Positions 1-9,382 of a stretch of 64,000 bases of DNA are shown here, in pieces. Below the pieces are notes generated by a model, which did not search any database, was not told the DNA's origin, and worked only from the letters and a program-made list of their open reading frames with translations. How positions within the stretch are numbered: position 1 is the stretch's first letter; every line of letters begins with the position of its first letter. Made by a program: the position numbers and the translations under genes. The stretch spans positions 1 through 64,000 of the forward strand of contig JBCCXZ010000005.1 in NCBI GenBank assembly GCA_039190745.1. The letters run 5' to 3'. Source of the stretch: Planctomycetota bacterium (GTDB lineage: Bacteria; Planctomycetota; Planctomycetia; Pirellulales; Lacipirellulaceae).

Positions 1-176
<176 letters not shown>

Positions 177-352
177 ATGTATGCTTCAAACCACCGCCGA
201 AGCGGCAGGTTAAAGAGCCATTTCGAGTTTGAACGCGTCGACGCGGGAATCAAATGCGCCGACGCAAAGTTACAGTCTTGTGCTGGCAAAAAAACTCAAG
301 AACCACCGGCCGAGGCCGACGGCTCTTAAATAACAAGAGGTCACTCACCAAA

Positions 353-364
353 TTGTCAAAGAGC
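353..364 (-). promoter_or_regulatory. rRNA leader antitermination boxA-like element
   Basis: Minus strand reads GCTCTTTGACAA, close to the boxA consensus GCTCTTTAACAA, between the promoter and the 16S start. Confidence 0.7.
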
Positions 365-481
365 TGCTTTGCAGGACCCGCTGGGCGGGCCGCTGGTTCG
401 GGCATCCGGCCGTTGCCGGCACCAGAACAAAAAACTCAGCCTCACCCTGCGGACTCCGCTGGGCTCAGCTGAGATCGACCA

Positions 482-509
482 ATTGTAGCCGACTTCGCAC
501 CCCAGTCAA
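482..509 (-). promoter_or_regulatory. sigma70-type rRNA promoter
   Basis: Minus strand TTGACT-N16-TACAAT about 300 nt upstream of the 16S start; a 16-nt spacer is typical of rrn promoters. Confidence 0.75.
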
Positions 510-530
510 CGGGCTGCTTGCAGAATACGA

Positions 531-607
531 GAAAAAGCCGCCGGCCCCGGGGAGCGCGGAGCTCCGGGCTCGTGGGGGTGGCCGCTCTTGAGGCTGGCGG
601 CTTTTTC
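531..607. terminator. Long inverted repeat, terminator-like, upstream of the rRNA promoter
   Basis: GAAAAAGCCGCCGGCC (531-546) and GGCTGGCGGCTTTTTC (592-607) form a 16-bp inverted repeat with one mismatch and A5/T5 tails, just downstream of the 641-1594 gene. Confidence 0.5.
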
Positions 608-640
608 CAGCTTTCCTAATCGTTACTGGCGGTGTCGCGG

Positions 641-1594
641 TTAGACGAGCTGCTCGGATTGCTCGTTGCTCCCGTCGACCGGTAACTCAAAACCGCGGAT
701 GAAGGCCCGGCCGAAGCGGTTGCCGCCGAGGCGGACCACCTCATCGGATTCTCCCGCCCCGCCAAAGAAGGCCGCGAACGCTGCGTCGGTCTCACCGACA
801 GAAAACGTGTCGTCGCCCGCCCCGAGGGCGACCTTTAAGCCGCCAAACCGACTGCCCTGGACGCCAACCTCGTCGGCGCCGTCGCCTGCGGCGATCGACG
901 CCATGACGGCGTCGACCCCTGTGAGGCCGATCGTGTCTGCCGCTTCGCCCCGGCCTCCGTACACACGCAGGACACGGCTGGCGGTATCGGTGAGCCGGAT
1001 GTCGTCGGCCCCCTCTCCGCCAGCGAGGGAGATGGCCCTTCGGACCCTGGCGTTGCCAACTACGGCTACGTCGTTGTCGGCTCCGGTATGGATCGACAAC
1101 CCGCCGACGATGGAGACCATTCCGCCGGATTCGCTTGAGGGCGGGTCGTCAGGCGTCGCTGCGTCGGCCATCGACGAATCGGCGGGTACGGGGCCGGGTG
1201 GCGGCGGCAGCGGGACGCCGACAAAAACGCGGTCCTCGCCCTGCCCTGTCGCCACCCGCACGTTGCCGCGGAAGCGGGCGTCGTTGATCGAGAGGGTGTC
1301 GTCGCCTTCTCCCATCGCGGCACGGACGGAGCGCACGCCGCTGACCTCGACGGCGGCCTGAGGCGCCTGCGGTCCGGAGCCGTCGCCGGGGCTGTAAACG
1401 ACATTCGTGCCAGGGCCGCCGGAGACGACGTAGGTTCCCGGCGATTCGCCGCCTGTAATAGCGACCTGGTTGCCCAGCTCGTCGCCAAGGATGCTGAGCA
1501 CGCCCGCATCGACCGAAACCATCACGTCGCCGGCAAGCGGTTGTTTGGGCTCGAGGGCCTCGATGCGCAGACCGCGAGCGCGAGAATTCGACAT
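641..1594 (-). CDS. Planctomycete extracellular protein with LEPR-type N-terminal motif and Gly/Asp-rich beta-helix-like repeats
   Basis: N-terminus LRIEALEPKQPLAG resembles the planctomycete extracellular (LEPR-xLL) motif; repeated GxGxD-D-x-V units. Confidence 0.75.
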   Translation of the reverse strand: MSNSRARGLRIEALEPKQPLAGDVMVSVDAGVLSILGDELGNQVAITGGESPGTYVVSGGPGTNVVYSPGDGSGPQAPQAAVEVSGVRSVRAAMGEGDDTLSINDARFRGNVRVATGQGEDRVFVGVPLPPPPGPVPADSSMADAATPDDPPSSESGGMVSIVGGLSIHTGADNDVAVVGNARVRRAISLAGGEGADDIRLTDTASRVLRVYGGRGEAADTIGLTGVDAVMASIAAGDGADEVGVQGSRFGGLKVALGAGDDTFSVGETDAAFAAFFGGAGESDEVVRLGGNRFGRAFIRGFELPVDGSNEQSEQLV

Positions 1595-1839
1595 TACTCT
1601 GTTCCTATTCCGTTTCCGTGCCTTGGGAAAACTGATTAGCGGCGGCGGAGTAGGACGAGGCCGCCGGGCACGCAGATTGAATCGCGTGCATGCCCTCTAT
1701 AACCCTGCCGGTTCGGACAGGTTTCGAAAGCGGAAATGAAAAGCCGCAGCAGTTGCGTGGGCGAGAGGCCGCCGACGAGGCCGTCTCGTTGTGGGAACCG
1801 CTGCTTCGCGGCGGCTCTGCCTTGGGTTAGAATACAAGC

Positions 1840-2259
1840 ATGCAATGCCGAGGCGTCCGAGGGGCGACAACCGTTGACGCGAACGACCGAGAGCAGATCC
1901 TGCTCGCGACGCGGCAGCTGCTTGCGCTGCTGATCCGTCGCAACGAGATCGAGAAAGAGGACGTCGCCAGCGCCACCTTCACAACCACGCCGGACATCGA
2001 CGCCGAGTTCCCTGCCCTGGCGGCGCGGCAGCTCGGCTGGCTCGACGTGCCGCTCTTGTGCGGGCACGAGATGGCGGTCCCGGGCTCGCTGCCGATGTGC
2101 ATCCGTGTGCTGGTGCACTGGAACACCACGCGGCGGCAGGACGAGGTGTGCCACGTCTACGTCCGTGAAGCGAAACGCCTGCGGCCGGACCTCTCCAACC
2201 TGCCGCCGGTTGATTGGGACGAGTTGGAGCAGTGGATCAGCGAGCAGATGCAGGGCTGA
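1840..2259 (+). CDS. aroH: Chorismate mutase, AroH class
   Basis: [51 protein letters not shown] motifs. Confidence 0.93.
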   Translation: MQCRGVRGATTVDANDREQILLATRQLLALLIRRNEIEKEDVASATFTTTPDIDAEFPALAARQLGWLDVPLLCGHEMAVPGSLPMCIRVLVHWNTTRRQDEVCHVYVREAKRLRPDLSNLPPVDWDELEQWISEQMQG

Positions 2260-2286
2260 TAGCGTCTTGCAGTTCCCTTTTGTCGA

Positions 2287-3462
2287 CTATTCCTTGCCAT
2301 TAGACTCTTCAGGCTCGAAGTCGAGCGCCGCGGAGTTCATGCAGTAGCGGAGCCCGGTCGGTGCCGGCCCGTCGGGGAAGACGTGCCCCAGATGGGCGTC
2401 GCACTTCGCGCAACGGACCTCGGTGCGCGTCATCAGCAGTTTCCGGTCGGTGTGCTCGCTGACCACGCCCTCGTGGATGGGCTTGTAGAAGCTCGGCCAG
2501 CCCGTGCCCGAGTCGTACTTGGTTTTCGAATCAAACAACCGAATTCCGCAAACCACGCAGTCGTAGACGCCCGGCCGCTTGTTGTCCCAGTACTCGCCGG
2601 TGAAGGCGCGTTCGGTGCCTTCCTCTTGCGTGACGCTGTACTGGATAGGCGAGAGCCGCTGCTTGAGTTCGGCCTTGGTCGGTACGGGCTGCTCATCGTC
2701 TTGCTTCTTGCTCTCCGCTTCCTGATTTTTCTTCAGGCGGTCGGCGAACACCTTGCGGAGCTTCTCTAGCTTCGGCTCGATGACAAACCGGCAATACGCC
2801 TGCCCGCTGTTGCGTGCGTAGTAGTCTTGGTGGTAATCCTCGGCGGGAAAGAACTCCTGGTAGGCGGTGATCTCGGTGACGATCGGGGCTTCGAACGCGC
2901 CCGACTTGTCGAGCTCGGCCTTGAGCGACTCAGCGGTCTTCTGCTGCTCGGCGTCGTGGTAGAAGATCGCCGAGCGGTACTGCGTGCCGACGTCGTTGCC
3001 CTGGCGATTGAGCGTCGTCGGGTCGTGCGTCTTCCAAAAGATTTCCAGGAGCTGTGCGTAGTCGACCTTTTCGGGGTCGTACTCGACCTGGACGGCCTCG
3101 GCGTGGCCGGTGTTGCCGCGGCAGACTTCTTCGTAGGTCGGGTTCGGATTGGGCCCGCCGATGTAGCCGGAGACCACGCGATAGACGCCATCGACCTCGG
3201 CAAACACTGCCTCGGTGCACCAGAAGCAGCCGCCGCCAAAGGTGGCGAGGGCCGACTCGCCGGAAGGTTGGGTGTCGCTGGACGGCATGGGCTTCTCGTC
3301 TCCTGCGTGGCTGGGTTGGACGCCGCCGATGAACCGCCCGGCAAGCAGCATGACGGCAATCGCCGTGAGCGTCCCGATAGCGAGGCGGACGCTGGCCGCT
3401 TTGGTGGGCGGGGCGTGGATTGGCGGGTCTTGGTTAGGCGAGTCTTCTTTCGGCTGGCTCAT
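2287..3462 (-). CDS. msrAB: Bifunctional peptide-methionine sulfoxide reductase MsrA-MsrB with N-terminal hydrophobic/signal segment
   Basis: Msr[10 protein letters not shown] and AEDYHQDYY; Msr[28 protein letters not shown] with two CxxC pairs. Start placed at ATG 3462 (MSQPKED), uncertain. Confidence 0.93.
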   Translation of the reverse strand: MSQPKEDSPNQDPPIHAPPTKAASVRLAIGTLTAIAVMLLAGRFIGGVQPSHAGDEKPMPSSDTQPSGESALATFGGGCFWCTEAVFAEVDGVYRVVSGYIGGPNPNPTYEEVCRGNTGHAEAVQVEYDPEKVDYAQLLEIFWKTHDPTTLNRQGNDVGTQYRSAIFYHDAEQQKTAESLKAELDKSGAFEAPIVTEITAYQEFFPAEDYHQDYYARNSGQAYCRFVIEPKLEKLRKVFADRLKKNQEAESKKQDDEQPVPTKAELKQRLSPIQYSVTQEEGTERAFTGEYWDNKRPGVYDCVVCGIRLFDSKTKYDSGTGWPSFYKPIHEGVVSEHTDRKLLMTRTEVRCAKCDAHLGHVFPDGPAPTGLRYCMNSAALDFEPEESNGKE

Positions 3463-3700
3463 CGCGTTCGTTCGCACGTGGGTGGATCGTGGCAGCGGGC
3501 CGGGACACGGCCCCTGCTTACGTGACGGCCTGACTCGCGGTTCCTTACGCCGACGATCGCCCTTAGTGCGGCAATCGATCGAGGCGCCAACCTGTGTAAG
3601 AACCCGCAAAATCGGCGTCGCCGATCACGCTTATGCGTTTATTCTACGTCTTTAGGCAAGTGCCGAATGAGCAAGAAGCCCAATAGAAGCCCAGAAAGAG

Positions 3701-3785
3701 TGCCGGAGAGAGGATTTGAACCTCCACGCCCGTAAAGGGCACATGGACCTGAACCATGCGCGTCTGCCAATTCCGCCACTCCGGC
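3701..3785 (-). tRNA. tRNA-Leu(CAG); CCA not encoded
   Basis: GCCGGAGTGGCGGAATTGGCAGACGCG-CATGG-TTCAGGT-CCATG, long variable arm, GGAGGTTCAAATCCTC, then TCTCCGGCA. Confidence 0.97.
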
Positions 3786-3875
3786 AAGAGTGCTGTCGGC
3801 GATCACGATCCGGGCAAGGATGCCATACGCGGACAGCTGCGGCAAGTCCCCGCGTGCGGGCAAGCCCTTCCGAAG

Positions 3876-4208
3876 CTAATACTTCGGCAGGGACGGGTCG
3901 ATTTCATCCGACCAGCGATCAATGCCGCCGGCCATCGACTGGGCCCGCTCGAAGCCGTTCTGCCGCAGCCAAACGGCCACCTGGGCGCTCCGCATGCCGT
4001 GGTGGCAGTGGACGATCAGCCGCTGGTCGGCCAGCGGACGGAGGTCTTCGACGCGGGCGGCCAGTTCGCTCATCGGCGTGAGCCGCGCCCCCGCGATGTG
4101 CACGAGCTGGTGCTCGTCTTCCTCGCGGCAGTCGATGAGCACGGCGTCTGCCGCGTCGACGAGCGTCTTGGTTTCTTGACAGCTGACTTCCAGGGGGAGT
4201 TCGGACAC
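3876..4208 (-). CDS. Single-domain rhodanese / sulfurtransferase
   Basis: LIDCRE, active-site loop VHCHHGMRS, SMAGGIDRWS, C-terminal IDPSLPKY. Start placed at GTG 4208. Confidence 0.9.
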   Translation of the reverse strand: MSELPLEVSCQETKTLVDAADAVLIDCREEDEHQLVHIAGARLTPMSELAARVEDLRPLADQRLIVHCHHGMRSAQVAVWLRQNGFERAQSMAGGIDRWSDEIDPSLPKY

Positions 4209-4283
4209 GCATTCCTCGCGAGGCTGGGCCCTCAGTGGATTAGGGCTACGTTGGCTTGATGGAGATTGGGAAAGAAACGCTAC

Positions 4284-4318
4284 AAAAAAACCGCCGCGGC
4301 CCGGAAGGGCCGCGGCGG
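4284..4318 (-). terminator. Intrinsic terminator after the DUF1559 gene
   Basis: Perfect 12-bp stem CCGCCGCGGCCC / GGGCCGCGGCGG with a 4-nt loop, followed by T7 on the minus strand. Confidence 0.9.
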
Positions 4319-4349
4319 CTGTGACAACTTCAGTGTTAGCCAACAAGGC

Positions 4350-5666
4350 CTACAGGTCGTTGGCGTTGACGACTTCGCCGCCGTTACGCGTCACGATGGC
4401 TAGGTAGGCGTTCCGGTCGATGTCTTCCTGAATCGCCTGGCCGTGGCCGTCGCCGAACCCGTGCTGCACCACGCCGGGGTGGGCGCTGCTGGGGCCGTAC
4501 CAACGCTCCTGCGTACCGTTCTGGTGCTCGTAGGTCTGCTGGTAGAAGTCCTCGGGAACAATGTCGGCGCCGCTCGGCCCGCCTTTGCGGCGAATCTCCG
4601 ACCCGACGTTCAGGGCCACCGCACCGGTCGTGTTGGCGTCGGGCCAGCCCAGCGTCGGCGGGAGGCTGCTTGTGGTTCCACCGGGGGAAACCTTCTGCAG
4701 ACCTTGCATCACCGTAGTGTTATTGGAGATGGCAACGACGTAGGCAGACAAGCCGCTGATCCACGAAGCGTAGGTTTCCTCACGCGACTCGGAGAAGAGC
4801 ACAGTGTTGGACGTCCCGTCCCGGATGCTGGCGAAACCGAAAGCACCCTTTAGGATGTCGCTAGCGTTACGCTGGCCAGTGCCGCCGCCGCCGGCGGTGA
4901 TGTCTTCTTGAGGGAAAACAAGGATGCCGTTGCCGGCGAACCGCTTAAGCCGTCCGCTCCCAGAGCTGCTCTCAAAAAGAGTACCGTCCTCTGCACCGTC
5001 GTCCTGAGCGGTCGCGTCTTGGCCGAAGCCATTGTAGTGCGTCGAGGGCATCGCCACGTAGTTACCCACTGCGACGTCAGAGAGGCCGTTGTAGTTGGTC
5101 GTCGAAGACCGGACGGTGTCCGAACCCGGGAAGCTCGGGCAAACGTAAACCTCGATCTTCTGCTGTGCAGCGGTCGGCGTGTCGTCACCGGGGCTGCCGT
5201 TCTCGATCACGGCAACCGGGCCTGAACCCGCGTTGCCGAACGGGCCGATACGGAGCCGGTTCGAGCCGACGCCTGCCGCGGGCGGGTCGTTGTTCAGTTC
5301 GGAGTCTCGCGTCCGGTTATAAAGGTTCTGCTGCTCCATCTCCGGGAGGATCTGGAAAAGCCAGCTGTATCCATCGCCCAGCACCCAATCGTCGGTAATG
5401 TTGCTGGAAATATCCATAGGGCTTGCAACCGGGGCCTTGAATACGAATGGTCCAGTAGACGCCGAGGGGAACCTCTTCCGACGGTCGGCAAAGTTCTGGC
5501 AAGCCAGGGCGATGTTCTTGATGTTGTTCAAGCACGAGTTGCGGCGTGCGGCCTCGCGGGCCTGCTGAATCGCCGGCAGCAACAGTGCCACCAAGATGCC
5601 GATGATGGCGATCACCACCAGCAGCTCGACGAGGGTAAAGCCCCGCCTCTTCTGACGCGTTTCCAT
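4350..5666 (-). CDS. DUF1559 family prepilin-type (N-methylation) protein
   Basis: [41 protein letters not shown]-terminal H-X9-DG ([12 protein letters not shown]); SD AGGAGG before ATG 5666. Confidence 0.95.
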   Translation of the reverse strand: METRQKRRGFTLVELLVVIAIIGILVALLLPAIQQAREAARRNSCLNNIKNIALACQNFADRRKRFPSASTGPFVFKAPVASPMDISSNITDDWVLGDGYSWLFQILPEMEQQNLYNRTRDSELNNDPPAAGVGSNRLRIGPFGNAGSGPVAVIENGSPGDDTPTAAQQKIEVYVCPSFPGSDTVRSSTTNYNGLSDVAVGNYVAMPSTHYNGFGQDATAQDDGAEDGTLFESSSGSGRLKRFAGNGILVFPQEDITAGGGGTGQRNASDILKGAFGFASIRDGTSNTVLFSESREETYASWISGLSAYVVAISNNTTVMQGLQKVSPGGTTSSLPPTLGWPDANTTGAVALNVGSEIRRKGGPSGADIVPEDFYQQTYEHQNGTQERWYGPSSAHPGVVQHGFGDGHGQAIQEDIDRNAYLAIVTRNGGEVVNANDL

Positions 5667-5964
5667 GGGAAACCTCCTGAAAAAACTGGAAAACAAAAAT
5701 AATGCCGCCGGCGGAGGATAATCACCGCCGGACAGATAAGAAGACCTCAACTATTGAGCGTTGCATCGCAACCGGTATTCACGAGACGAGCTTCGATGCT
5801 TCTGCGGTTGCGTGGGGCTTCTACGGTTGCGTGGGCCTTGTGGCAGGCGGTAGCCGCTCCAGTGGGCACCCCGGTAACTGGCGTGGCTGTGGTGTGAAAA
5901 GCCCACGCCGGGGGACCATGGCTTCGGACGCATGCTGCCTCTTCATTTCTCCGACTAACCTCTT

Positions 5965-5994
5965 ATCCTAGGGTTAAGCCGCCAACGCTGTCAA
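5965..5994 (-). promoter_or_regulatory. Putative sigma70 promoter for the DUF1559 gene
   Basis: Minus strand TTGACA-N18-TAGGAT. Confidence 0.5.
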
Positions 5995-6145
5995 ACATCT
6001 GTGGGAAACTTGCAGCAACTCTCGCTCGGTTTTGCGAACTGCCGCCCACGAGAAGCGCACAGCAATCACGCCAAGCTTGCCGTTACCCGGTATGCCACTC
6101 AGCCTTGGACATACCCCCCGAGCGTCGCTCTGGTAGATTCGCGGC

Positions 6146-9100
6146 ATGCCGAAGCAATGGATTAAGACGGCAAGGCTGGGCGACGCCTCGCGAGCACGGC
6201 TGCTTGAGCGTTATCTCGCGGCTGCACTGGTTCCTGAAGACCGCGGCCTTTCGCAAGGGCCTTTGTGGCTAGCCCCCAACGCTCTGGCGGCGGAAGAGGC
6301 ACGCGACTCGGTTGCGTCCGCCCTGTCAGCCAAGCACGCGGGCCGGGCGTTGCTGAGCCCCCGAATCGGCACTTTCGACGCCCACGCACAGCGGCTGCTG
6401 TTACTGGCGGGCGCCACGGTGCGACTGCTCGCACCTTTTCAGCGGAGCGAGTTGCTCAGGCTGGCCATCACCCAAGTGCAGAGCAGCCAGGAATTGCCGT
6501 ACTTCGGCCGCGTCGCCCAGACCGACGGCGTCGTGCGGCTTGTCGGCCAAGCCATCGCTGAGATGAAGCGCTGTGACCTTTGGGCCGAAACATTCGCCGA
6601 GGAAGCAGCCGGTCCCCGCGACCGCGAGTTGGCTTTGTTCTACTCGATGTACCAGCGGATGCTGGTCCGAAACGGGTTGTTCGACCGAGAGGGCTGCTTC
6701 TGGGCCGCCCGGGCGGCGCTGAGAGACAGACCGGAACTAGCCGGTCGCCCAACGCTGGCGATCGTGGAGGGGTTCACCGACTTCACACCGGCGCAGCTTG
6801 AAATCCTGGGGGTACTGGCTTCACGGTGCGACGAAATGGTGATCGCCTTGCCCGTCGCCGCGGGGGACGGCTCAGACCCGTCTCGGTCGGCACTGACGGC
6901 ACGGGGGCACGCAACGGTCGAGTCGCTCAGGCGGGTCTTGCCAGAAGCCATAGTCGAACCTGAGCCAGCGGCCGAGAACGATCACTTCACCCGCCGCGTG
7001 GCAGAGCGACTCTACGCCGCCCCGACTGACCGAAACGACCGCGACGGCGAAGCCCCGCCCGCGATCCGCATCATCGCCGCGGGCAACGAGCAGACCGAGT
7101 TCGAAACGGTGTGCGACCGGGTGAAGGGGTCGCTGGTCGCCGGAACAACGCAGCCTGATGACGTGCTGATCGTTTTGCGAGCCGGGCCGGACGGATGGGA
7201 CCGGCTGCGCTGCACGCTGCAAGACTTCGGCCTGCCGGCTTGGCTGGAGAAGCGGCCGACGTACGCCACGACGCCGGCCGCACGGCTGGTCGATTCTCTC
7301 CTGACCGTCGTCGCCGAAGACTGGCCGGCCGCGGCGGTGCAGACGGTCGTCTGCCACTCGGCGGTAACGGTTCCGATCGATACGCCCGTCGAGCCACGTA
7401 CGCTTGAGGAGTTGTTGCGGAAGATGGTCTTCGCTTCGGGACGCGAGTCGCTGCTGCGGTCGGCAGATCGCCTGGCCGAAACCGCAGAGCCGGCGGCCGT
7501 GGCCGCGGCCGGCCTGAGCTGGCTCTCGGACGAACTGCAATCATGGCCCGACCGCGCACTACTCGGGGTGTGGCTGACGGTGCTGGACGAAACGCTCAAC
7601 CGACTCGGCGCCGTGGGCGACCCTTTGTTCTCGGAATCCTGGTCAGGCTTGCGGCGCTTGCTCGCCGCGGCCTCGGACGTGCGGGCGTTGGTCGACGACT
7701 CCGGCCAAGTGAACCCGACCGAGCTCCGCGATGTGTTCCGGCGGTGCTGCGCGGAAGAGATCCGACGCGAGGCCGCGACCCCCGCCGGGCGGCTCCGCGT
7801 GGTCACTCCAGAAACGGCTCGTGGTTTGACGGCGGCGGACGTTTACGTGCTCTCGGTAGGTGAGGGCAACTACCCGCGTGTCGACGGTGCGGGGGCAATC
7901 GAACAGCCCGACCCCGGGCTGGAGGTGAGCGACGAGATGCACCTGTTTCTCGCGCTGGCCTCGAAACCGCGCGGGAAACTAACGCTGAGCTACACGGCGT
8001 TGGACGACAAAGCTCAGCCGCGTTCGCCCAGCCCCTACCTTGCAGAGCTGCGCGGGTGCTTCCCCGACCAGGAGATCCCTACCGAGGAGGTCGGCCTGAC
8101 CGGCAAGCCGGAGTTGCCGGACGCGCCTCACGGGCGGAGGCTGCAGCGGCTGGGAGCGGTCTCCGCCGCTTTGGAGGGCGACGCCGCGCCGCTGGCCGGG
8201 TTGCTTGGCTCACCGGTCGCGTCTCCAACGGCACGCAACCTCGTCTCGGCAGTGCGGACAATTCTCGACCGTGCACAACCCGACCAATTCGGCACGTGCG
8301 AGGGGCTTCTCTCTGGCAAGGGAGCCCGGGCCAATCTCGCAGACCGCTTCGGCACGCAGCACCTCTGGAGCGCCAGCCGGTTGGAGCAGTACGCGGCGTG
8401 CCCGTTCCGGTTCTTCGCCGAGCACGTGCTGAAGATCAGCCCGCCGCCGTCGGCGACTCCAGAAACCGATCCTCGACGGCGGGGGAGCCTACTGCACGAC
8501 CTACTCGCGGCGCTGCTACGTCAAGCCGCGGGTGACCCGGCCAGCGTCGACTGGGAACGCGCCTTAGAGGGCCTCATCGCAGAGGCCGCGGGGCGCTTCG
8601 ACCGTTACGGCGTGGAATCCGGCCTGCGGGCGGTCGAGGCCCAGGAGATCGGCGAGTGGGTCCCGCGGATCGCAAGCCAAGCTGCGGCTTACGAAAAGAT
8701 GTGGCAGGGTTTGGACCAGACGCCGAAGCCGACCGCGCTGGAGGTTCGTTTCGGCCCATCTCGGGCGGGAGCCGACCGCAGCGGCGACGACCCACGGTCA
8801 ACCGACGAGCCCTTCGCGCTGCGAGCCGGGGAGCACACCGTGCTGCTGACTGGGCAGATCGACCGGGTCGACCTCGCCAAAGCGGGCGGGCATCCGGCGT
8901 TGGTGGTGATCGACTACAAGTCGAACGACGCCAAGTTCGACCCGGCGCAAGCCGAAGCGGGGCGGCAGCTCCAGCTGCCGCTCTACGCGCTCGCGGCTGA
9001 AACGCTGCTGTTCAGCGACCAAGGCGCCCAAGCGCTCGCGGCGGGCTACTGGCCCCTCCGCAGCGAGGGCAAGGGCTTTGCCGACAACCGTGCCAACCTC

Positions 9101-9382
9101 CGCCTGCGTGAGGCAACCGCGGAAGGCTTGAGCGTGGCCGCAGAGTGGGAGCGGTTGCAGGCCGCGATCGCAGAGCGCGTGGGCCAGATCGTCGAGGGCG
9201 TCCGCCGGGGAGACTTCCCCGTCTACAACACCGACGAGCACTGCACGAGCTGGTGCGACTTCCGCACGGTGTGCCGGGTCGGTCAGGTCCGGAGCCTGAA
9301 CAAGGCCTGGCCCCCGACCGAGTCGCCCCAACCGACCGTAGAGAACACGCCGTCAGCGGAGGCAGCCGATGCTGACCGCTGA
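6146..9382 (+). CDS. addB: AddB/RexB-like helicase-nuclease subunit (PD-(D/E)XK nuclease with Fe-S staple)
   Basis: WSASRLEQYAACPFRFF, GQIDRVD, VIDYKS, QLPLY, and C-terminal CxxxCxxxxxC; overlaps the addA start. Confidence 0.88.
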   Translation: MPKQWIKTARLGDASRARLLERYLAAALVPEDRGLSQGPLWLAPNALAAEEARDSVASALSAKHAGRALLSPRIGTFDAHAQRLLLLAGATVRLLAPFQRSELLRLAITQVQSSQELPYFGRVAQTDGVVRLVGQAIAEMKRCDLWAETFAEEAAGPRDRELALFYSMYQRMLVRNGLFDREGCFWAARAALRDRPELAGRPTLAIVEGFTDFTPAQLEILGVLASRCDEMVIALPVAAGDGSDPSRSALTARGHATVESLRRVLPEAIVEPEPAAENDHFTRRVAERLYAAPTDRNDRDGEAPPAIRIIAAGNEQTEFETVCDRVKGSLVAGTTQPDDVLIVLRAGPDGWDRLRCTLQDFGLPAWLEKRPTYATTPAARLVDSLLTVVAEDWPAAAVQTVVCHSAVTVPIDTPVEPRTLEELLRKMVFASGRESLLRSADRLAETAEPAAVAAAGLSWLSDELQSWPDRALLGVWLTVLDETLNRLGAVGDPLFSESWSGLRRLLAAASDVRALVDDSGQVNPTELRDVFRRCCAEEIRREAATPAGRLRVVTPETARGLTAADVYVLSVGEGNYPRVDGAGAIEQPDPGLEVSDEMHLFLALASKPRGKLTLSYTALDDKAQPRSPSPYLAELRGCFPDQEIPTEEVGLTGKPELPDAPHGRRLQRLGAVSAALEGDAAPLAGLLGSPVASPTARNLVSAVRTILDRAQPDQFGTCEGLLSGKGARANLADRFGTQHLWSASRLEQYAACPFRFFAEHVLKISPPPSATPETDPRRRGSLLHDLLAALLRQAAGDPASVDWERALEGLIAEAAGRFDRYGVESGLRAVEAQEIGEWVPRIASQAAAYEKMWQGLDQTPKPTALEVRFGPSRAGADRSGDDPRSTDEPFALRAGEHTVLLTGQIDRVDLAKAGGHPALVVIDYKSNDAKFDPAQAEAGRQLQLPLYALAAETLLFSDQGAQALAAGYWPLRSEGKGFADNRANLRLREATAEGLSVAAEWERLQAAIAERVGQIVEGVRRGDFPVYNTDEHCTSWCDFRTVCRVGQVRSLNKAWPPTESPQPTVENTPSAEAADADR

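Noticed and set aside
3701..3785. tRNA-Leu as an island or prophage integration site
   Set aside because: No integrase and no duplicated tRNA 3' end noticed; neighbours look like core genes.
5798..5835. Possible CRISPR remnant
   Set aside because: Only two adjacent 19-bp units with no spacer, and no cas genes; no CRISPR array seen anywhere in the window.
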